Assembly (NCBI GenBank): GCA_965250005.1
Contig: OZ252279.1
Location: 1,020,001-1,052,000 of the forward strand
Direction of reading: 5' to 3'
DNA: 32,000 nt
Origin: Demequinaceae bacterium
GTDB lineage: Bacteria; Actinomycetota; Actinomycetes; Actinomycetales; Demequinaceae
The position numbers and the translations under genes were made by a program. Positions 27,049-32,000 of this stretch are shown here, piece after piece (the stretch's first letter is position 1; each line of letters starts with the position of its first letter). The notes under the pieces are model-generated. The model did no database searches, was not told where the DNA came from, and saw nothing but the letters and a program-made list of their open reading frames with translations.

Positions 27049-29001
27049 TCAATGCTCGGCGACCAACTCCAGTATCTCCACGCCGTAGCGGTCAAGTTTG
27101 GAGGCACCAACCCCGCGGATGCTTGCGAGCGCACCTAACGTACCGGGACGCCGTTGGGCTATCTCTACCAGGCTGGCGTCCACCAGGACCGTGAACGCGG
27201 GCTTTGCGTCAGCCTGAGCGTGTGCGAGACGCCATTGCTTGAGCGATTCAAAGAGCCTCAGATCATGGGCATCGAGTGCCATCGCTGCAGCTGGCGCACG
27301 CTTCTTGGGCGCCGACCTAGCATCCGGCCACCACCTCTCGAGGAACCGCGTGCGTTTTCGCGCGGCCCGCCCACCTTCGGTGCGGGCGCGAGCAAACGAG
27401 AGCGTCAGATATTCACGAGCGCGGGTAATACCAACGTACAACAGCCGCTTTTCTTCCGCGACGGCCCGCTCAGTTTCCGCAAGCGAGATGGGCATCAACC
27501 CCTCACTCATTCCAACGATGAACACCGCATCCCACTCGAGCCCCTTTGCGGCGTGCAGCGTTGTCAGGGTGACGCCGTCAACGGTAGGCGCGTGTTGCGC
27601 TGATGCCCGCTCGGCGAGATCGTTCGTGAACTCTCGAAGGCTGCCTTCCCACTCGTCGGCGAGACCGACGAGCGCGTTAAGCGAATCCCAACGTTCGCGA
27701 ACCGCACCACGCGGCGCGGGAGGCTCTTCAGCCCACCCCGCGTCCAACAGGGCGTCCCGCACGGCTACCGGCACGTCCTCTTCCACTGCCGCGATCGCCG
27801 CCCCTCGCAGTAGCACCATTGCCTTCTTGACTTCCTCGCGGTCGAAGAACCGTTGACCGCCGCGGACCATATAGCCAATTCCGCGTTGGGACAGGGCGTC
27901 TTCGAGGTTCTCGGATTGGCCGTTGGTCCGGTACAAGATCGCCACTTCGCTAGCTGGAACTCCCGCACTAATCAGGGACTCGACGCGTTCGGCCACCCCG
28001 GCAGCCTCGGCCGACTCATCCGCATGCGCAACGTACGCGACCTCTGGGCCCGACGGTCGTTGCGCAACCAACTCAACCGCGTCCGCGCCACCCCGCCCCA
28101 TGAGTCCGTTCGCCAGATCTACCACCTGCGGAGTCGACCGATAGTCCCTAACCAACCGGACCACGGTCGCTTCCGGGTAGCGCCGTGGAAACCCAAGCAG
28201 GTGTTCGGGGGAGGCGCCCGCAAAAGAATAAATCGTTTGCGAAGGATCGCCCACCACGCAGAGCTCTTCGCGGCCGCCGAGCCACTGGTCCAATAGGTAC
28301 TGCTGCAGCGGCGAAACATCCTGGTATTCGTCCACTACAAAATGCTTGTACTGACGGCGGACGGTGTCACCAACTTCGTGGTGCCTGCCAATGATGTCTG
28401 CAAGCAGGAGCAGGATGTCCTCGAAGTCCAGCACTACCCTTTCCGTCTTCACCTCCTCGTACCCGCGCATAAGGTCTGCGATCACCGAGCGTTCAAAGCC
28501 CGCAGGCGCAGGCCGACCGGCGTCCGCAGTGACGCGCGCATAATCCTCGGCCGCGACCAGCGACACCTTGGCCCACTCGATCTCGGACGCGAGGTCGCGA
28601 ACCGCGATCCGGTCCACGCTGTGGCCCAAGCTCCGGGCGGCGGCCGCGACCAGTTGCGCCTTCTGTGGCGCAAGCACGGGCATTTGCCCGCCAATCACCT
28701 CCGGCCAAAAATAACTGAGTTGGCGCAGCGCGGCTGCGTGGAATGTCTTGGCCTGCACTCCCTCGACCCCGAGAATCCGCAACCGCTGTCGCATTTCGCC
28801 CGCCGCGCGGGCGGTGAACGTGACGGCGAGCACCGCCTGCGGGTTGTAGGCGTTGACCCTCACCCCGTACGCGATTCGGTGCGTCATGGCGCGCGTTTTG
28901 CCGGTGCCCGCGCCCGCGAGGACGCACACCGGACCGTGCAATGCCGTGGCGACCTCGCGCTGCTGGGGATCGAGCGCTTCTAAGATTATTTCCGCAGACA
29001 T
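27049..29001 (-). CDS. uvrD2: ATP-dependent DNA helicase UvrD2 (SF1A) with HRDC domain
   Basis: LDPQQREVATALHGPVCVLAGAGTGKTRAMTHRI, VLDFEDILL, FVVDEYQDVSPLQQYLLDQWLG, VVGDPSQTIYSFAGA, TLHAAKGLEWDAVFIVGMSEGLMP, LYVGITRAREYL; HRDC-like C-terminus. ATG 29001 preferred over ORF start 29181. Confidence 0.93.
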   Translation of the reverse strand: MSAEIILEALDPQQREVATALHGPVCVLAGAGTGKTRAMTHRIAYGVRVNAYNPQAVLAVTFTARAAGEMRQRLRILGVEGVQAKTFHAAALRQLSYFWPEVIGGQMPVLAPQKAQLVAAAARSLGHSVDRIAVRDLASEIEWAKVSLVAAEDYARVTADAGRPAPAGFERSVIADLMRGYEEVKTERVVLDFEDILLLLADIIGRHHEVGDTVRRQYKHFVVDEYQDVSPLQQYLLDQWLGGREELCVVGDPSQTIYSFAGASPEHLLGFPRRYPEATVVRLVRDYRSTPQVVDLANGLMGRGGADAVELVAQRPSGPEVAYVAHADESAEAAGVAERVESLISAGVPASEVAILYRTNGQSENLEDALSQRGIGYMVRGGQRFFDREEVKKAMVLLRGAAIAAVEEDVPVAVRDALLDAGWAEEPPAPRGAVRERWDSLNALVGLADEWEGSLREFTNDLAERASAQHAPTVDGVTLTTLHAAKGLEWDAVFIVGMSEGLMPISLAETERAVAEEKRLLYVGITRAREYLTLSFARARTEGGRAARKRTRFLERWWPDARSAPKKRAPAAAMALDAHDLRLFESLKQWRLAHAQADAKPAFTVLVDASLVEIAQRRPGTLGALASIRGVGASKLDRYGVEILELVAEH

Positions 29002-29014
29002 GAGAGCGATTCTG

Positions 29015-30004
29015 TCAGGCGTTGCTGACATCTCCCTCCTCCTCCACCGGACCTCCGAACCAGTCGTGGACCAGCTTGCGCGCGATTGAACCTGGGGGCG
29101 CCAGCACGATGGTGCCATCAGCGACCTGCGCGGTAAGTTCCTCACGCGTGAACCACTTCGCGTCAACAACCTCTTCGCCATCGACAGTGAATTCCGTCGC
29201 CTTGGCGCGCGCGGTGAATGCGACCATGATCGAAGCGGGAAACGGCCAGGGCTGCGAGCCTACGTAGGCGAGGTCCTCCACCTCGAGCCTCGACTCCTCA
29301 AAGATTTCTCGATGCGCAGCCTGCTCGAGCGACTCTCCAGGCTCCACGTAGCCCGCGAGGTGCGTGTATCGACGCGATGAGTGGTATGACACGTGCGACA
29401 ACAGCAGCCTATCGTCCGCATCCGTAATTGAGACGATTACCGCCGGGTCCGTCCGCGGGTAGTGGTCTCGACCATCGTCCGGGCATTTGCGCAACCACCC
29501 TGCCTCGCAAACCTCCGTGGGCACGCCGCACAGCGAGCACATCGGATTTCGCTCATGCCACACGGCCATCGCCACAGCCGTCGCTGCCAGCTCGCGTTCA
29601 ACGGCGAGGTCGCCTCGGGCACCCAAATCATCTAGCGCTTGCCAGAGCGGAACCAGGTTTGGCGCACCGCCCTCGGTTGAGCGCTTGTTGAGGCCATGCC
29701 CGCGCCGCGGCACCACCGCCACGACGTCTCGGCCCTGGTGCCGGCCAAGGTAGACCTCGAGTTCTGCGTCCGGCCGATCAGCGGGTTCGAGCAGCGCGAC
29801 GTGCTCGCCGCGCATGAGCACGCTACCGTCGCTGACGATCACGGCGTGTGCCTGTGCCAGGTCGGCCGTCTTGCGTCGTTCGGCGGCTCGATCGACTTTC
29901 AGCGGCTGATCGAGGGTCCATGGCGCGTCCACTCTCACACCGTACGGCACTGCCGTTACGGCGGAGCGTGGCGGAAACACCCCTTTTGCCTCTACCGTGA
30001 GCAC
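29015..30004 (-). CDS. nudC: NAD(+)/NADH diphosphatase, NudC-like Nudix hydrolase
   Basis: MCSLCGVPTEVCEAGWLRKCPDDGRDHYPRTDPAVIV, GYVEPGESLEQAAHREIFEES and SQPWPFPASIMVAF (NudC-specific SQPWPFPxS motif). Confidence 0.92.
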   Translation of the reverse strand: MLTVEAKGVFPPRSAVTAVPYGVRVDAPWTLDQPLKVDRAAERRKTADLAQAHAVIVSDGSVLMRGEHVALLEPADRPDAELEVYLGRHQGRDVVAVVPRRGHGLNKRSTEGGAPNLVPLWQALDDLGARGDLAVERELAATAVAMAVWHERNPMCSLCGVPTEVCEAGWLRKCPDDGRDHYPRTDPAVIVSITDADDRLLLSHVSYHSSRRYTHLAGYVEPGESLEQAAHREIFEESRLEVEDLAYVGSQPWPFPASIMVAFTARAKATEFTVDGEEVVDAKWFTREELTAQVADGTIVLAPPGSIARKLVHDWFGGPVEEEGDVSNA

Positions 30005-30931
30005 GTGCCCTATTCTCCGCTCGCCCTAGCCGCGCTCGCGTCGGTCGCCGTCCCGGGCCTCGACGTGTACGACGTGCTGCGCAGTACGCCCGCCGACGCA
30101 GACTACGACGTTGTCGTAGTGGTCGACGCAACGGGAACTCGATGGACCGTTCGCGCGCCACGGAGCCCCGCAGCGGGCGCCGCACTGGAGGCGGAACTAT
30201 CTCTGCTTCACGCCCTCGCGGCTGCGAGCGACACTGGTTCTCTGAGCTTCGCCGTCCCTCGGCCGGCGGGGACTGCGCCAACCGAGGATGGTGCTAAGGC
30301 GATTGTCTACGAACAAATCCGTGGCTCGCGGCTCAATCTTGCTGCGCTCGAGCCTGGCCCCGGGCTAGCCGCGTCGCTCGGTCGCTCAATCGCGCAAATC
30401 CACGAACTGCCGGCCACCGTCATTGAAGACCAGGGCCTGCCGGTTTACACGGCGGATGCGTACCGCGAGCGGCGACTCGCGGAGCTCGACGCCGCGACCC
30501 AGACGGGGAGAATTCCGCCTTCGCTCGCGGAGCGATGGGAGAGTCAACTCGAGGATGTCTCGTGGTGGCGCTACGAGCCGACCGTGGTTCACGCGAACTT
30601 CAGCGAGCACCGCGTCATCGTGTCAGACGGGATTGTCGCTGGCGTACTGTCGTGGATGGATGCACGGGTCGCCGACCCGGCGGACGATTTGGCGTGGCTC
30701 GTCGCCGCCGCCCCTGACGATGTGCTCGATTCGATCGTAGAGGCCTACCATGGCGCGCGCCGTGAGCTGAGAGACCCTCACTTGCTTGACCGCGCGAGAC
30801 TAGCGAGTGAGCTCGCGCTCGCGCGGTGGCTGCTCCACGGCGTGCGTACGGAAAGTGCGGATGTGGTGGATGACGCAATCGGCATGCTGGCCGACCTCGA
30901 GGAACTTCTGGCGGACCAAGGCCAGCCGTAG
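30005..30931 (+). CDS. Aminoglycoside phosphotransferase (APH)-family protein
   Basis: TVVHANFSEHRVIVSDGIVAGVLSWMDARVADPADDLAWLVAA (Brenner-like VxHxNF...D/W-x-D-A), IAQIHELPA; GTG start candidate at 30005. Confidence 0.75.
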   Translation: MPYSPLALAALASVAVPGLDVYDVLRSTPADADYDVVVVVDATGTRWTVRAPRSPAAGAALEAELSLLHALAAASDTGSLSFAVPRPAGTAPTEDGAKAIVYEQIRGSRLNLAALEPGPGLAASLGRSIAQIHELPATVIEDQGLPVYTADAYRERRLAELDAATQTGRIPPSLAERWESQLEDVSWWRYEPTVVHANFSEHRVIVSDGIVAGVLSWMDARVADPADDLAWLVAAAPDDVLDSIVEAYHGARRELRDPHLLDRARLASELALARWLLHGVRTESADVVDDAIGMLADLEELLADQGQP

Positions 30932-30955
30932 GACTTCAGTTCGACGCACTCGGTT

Positions 30956-32000
30956 CTAGGAGCCTCGCGCAACCAAAGCGAGAATCTCAGCCTCGTCTAG
31001 GAGCCGCTCGGGAACGACGGTCTCTCCACTCGCAGCGTAGAAGAATGCCGCGTCGACATCCTCAACCTCAAGTCCGCGCCACTTTGACCATGCCAGTCTG
31101 TACGCCGCAAGTTGGACCTCGCGCGAAGCGAGCTCTGCAGGGTCGGACGGCGCGCGGCCCGACTTCCAGTCGACAACTGTCTCGCGATCGAGGCCACCGC
31201 CCGCTGGGAAAACCGCGTCGATTCGCGACCGGACTGTCACTGGCCCCACCGGCACTTCCACGTCCACCTCTACGTGCGTGGGCGTCCGAGCCGCCCACGG
31301 CGACGCCAAGAATGTTTCCTGTAGTTCAGTTAGATCGAGGCCGTCGTCACCCGTGGGGCCGAAGTCTTCCTCTGCAAGCAGGGAACTATGGCCGAAGTGC
31401 GCCTCGATCCACGCGTGGAACGCACTACCGCGCTGGGCCGCAACGGTTGGCTCGACCGGGATCGGGCGCCGCAGACTCAGGGCGAACGCATCGCTATCGC
31501 GCGCGATCGCCACGAGCGCGGTAGATGACAGGTGCGCGGGCATCTCCACTTCGTTGACGCGCTCCGCCCGCCTCGCCTGTTCGCGCAGGATCGCCTCGAT
31601 CTCCATTTGTAGCGGGAGACCTGTGTCTCGAGGTCCTGCCGCAATTGCATCGCGCACCTCTTGCGCGAGTTCCCGGCGCGATCGCTGCGTATCCGTAAGC
31701 GCGGGCGGCCACGACACGGCCGCCTGTGCTTGAGGCTCGCGGCGATCGTCGTTTGCGGGTTGCGCGGCCCAGGCTTCACGGTTGACGAGCCCGCTCTCTA
31801 GAAGCTCGGCGACGTAAGGCGATTCCCGGCGAGGCTGCAGTCCGTCACCCCACCACGCCCCACTGAGGATCACGTGGCTGCGCGCCCGCGTGATCGCCAC
31901 GTAGAAGAGGCGTCTTTCCTCCGCGACCCGGTAAGTGCCTGCCTCCCGGCGGAAGTCCTCCAGAATGGCGCGATAGTCCGCGAATGTTCCTGCCTCCTCC
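30956..32000 (-). CDS. adnB: UvrD/REP-family helicase with C-terminal PD-(D/E)XK nuclease domain (AdnB-like); 5' portion beyond window
   Basis: EERRLFYVAITRARSHVILSGAWWGDG helicase motif VI and nuclease core SRIDAVFPAGGGLDRETVVDWKSGRAP ... REVQLAAYRLAW (RecB-type). Frame stays open past 31900 to the window edge. Confidence 0.82.
   Translation of the reverse strand, partial: EEAGTFADYRAILEDFRREAGTYRVAEERRLFYVAITRARSHVILSGAWWGDGLQPRRESPYVAELLESGLVNREAWAAQPANDDRREPQAQAAVSWPPALTDTQRSRRELAQEVRDAIAAGPRDTGLPLQMEIEAILREQARRAERVNEVEMPAHLSSTALVAIARDSDAFALSLRRPIPVEPTVAAQRGSAFHAWIEAHFGHSSLLAEEDFGPTGDDGLDLTELQETFLASPWAARTPTHVEVDVEVPVGPVTVRSRIDAVFPAGGGLDRETVVDWKSGRAPSDPAELASREVQLAAYRLAWSKWRGLEVEDVDAAFFYAASGETVVPERLLDEAEILALVARGS

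Noticed and set aside
1-32000. Search for defence islands, prophage, transposases, CRISPR arrays or BGC cores
   Set aside because: No integrase, transposase, Cas, RM, toxin-antitoxin, NRPS/PKS or repeat array recognised in any frame; gene content is core actinobacterial.

Overview
High-GC actinobacterial (Micrococcales-like) core-chromosome segment, densely coding, with no CRISPR array, prophage, transposase or recognisable defence island. Left part, cell-envelope and purine genes: partial ExoA-like glycosyltransferase, two tandem LytR-CpsA-Psr (LCP) proteins, purE-purK, a GtrA-family protein, an OmpR-type response regulator/histidine kinase pair, and a large GT-C-like membrane protein. Middle: an FHA-FtsK/SpoIIIE protein with no visible type VII partners, a small membrane protein, a whiB1-like gene divergent from a PdtaS-type kinase, DUF2505, two fluC/crcB genes, an ABC ATPase with no visible permease, DUF427, initiator tRNA-fMet and DUF4328. 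Right part: UPF0182, a YlbL-like PDZ/Lon protease, a DUF2342 metalloprotease-like protein, DUF5679, a ThiF/TOMM-scaffold-like protein, uvrD2, nudC, a phosphotransferase and the C-terminus of an AdnB-like helicase-nuclease. From memory, the order resembles the M. tuberculosis Rv3193c-Rv3202c and Rv3219-Rv3220c neighbourhoods. I see no strong case for a wholly new multi-gene system. The best leads are: an ABC ATPase with altered catalytic motifs, an AbrB-like tail and no permease, followed by a coding-like in-frame remnant; a UvrD2 that keeps HRDC but lacks the tetracysteine motif; a three-module FHA-FtsK protein with a degenerate last module; a NudC with changes in both the zinc ribbon and Nudix box; a register-preserved LCP tandem duplication; and an orphan TOMM/E1-like protein.
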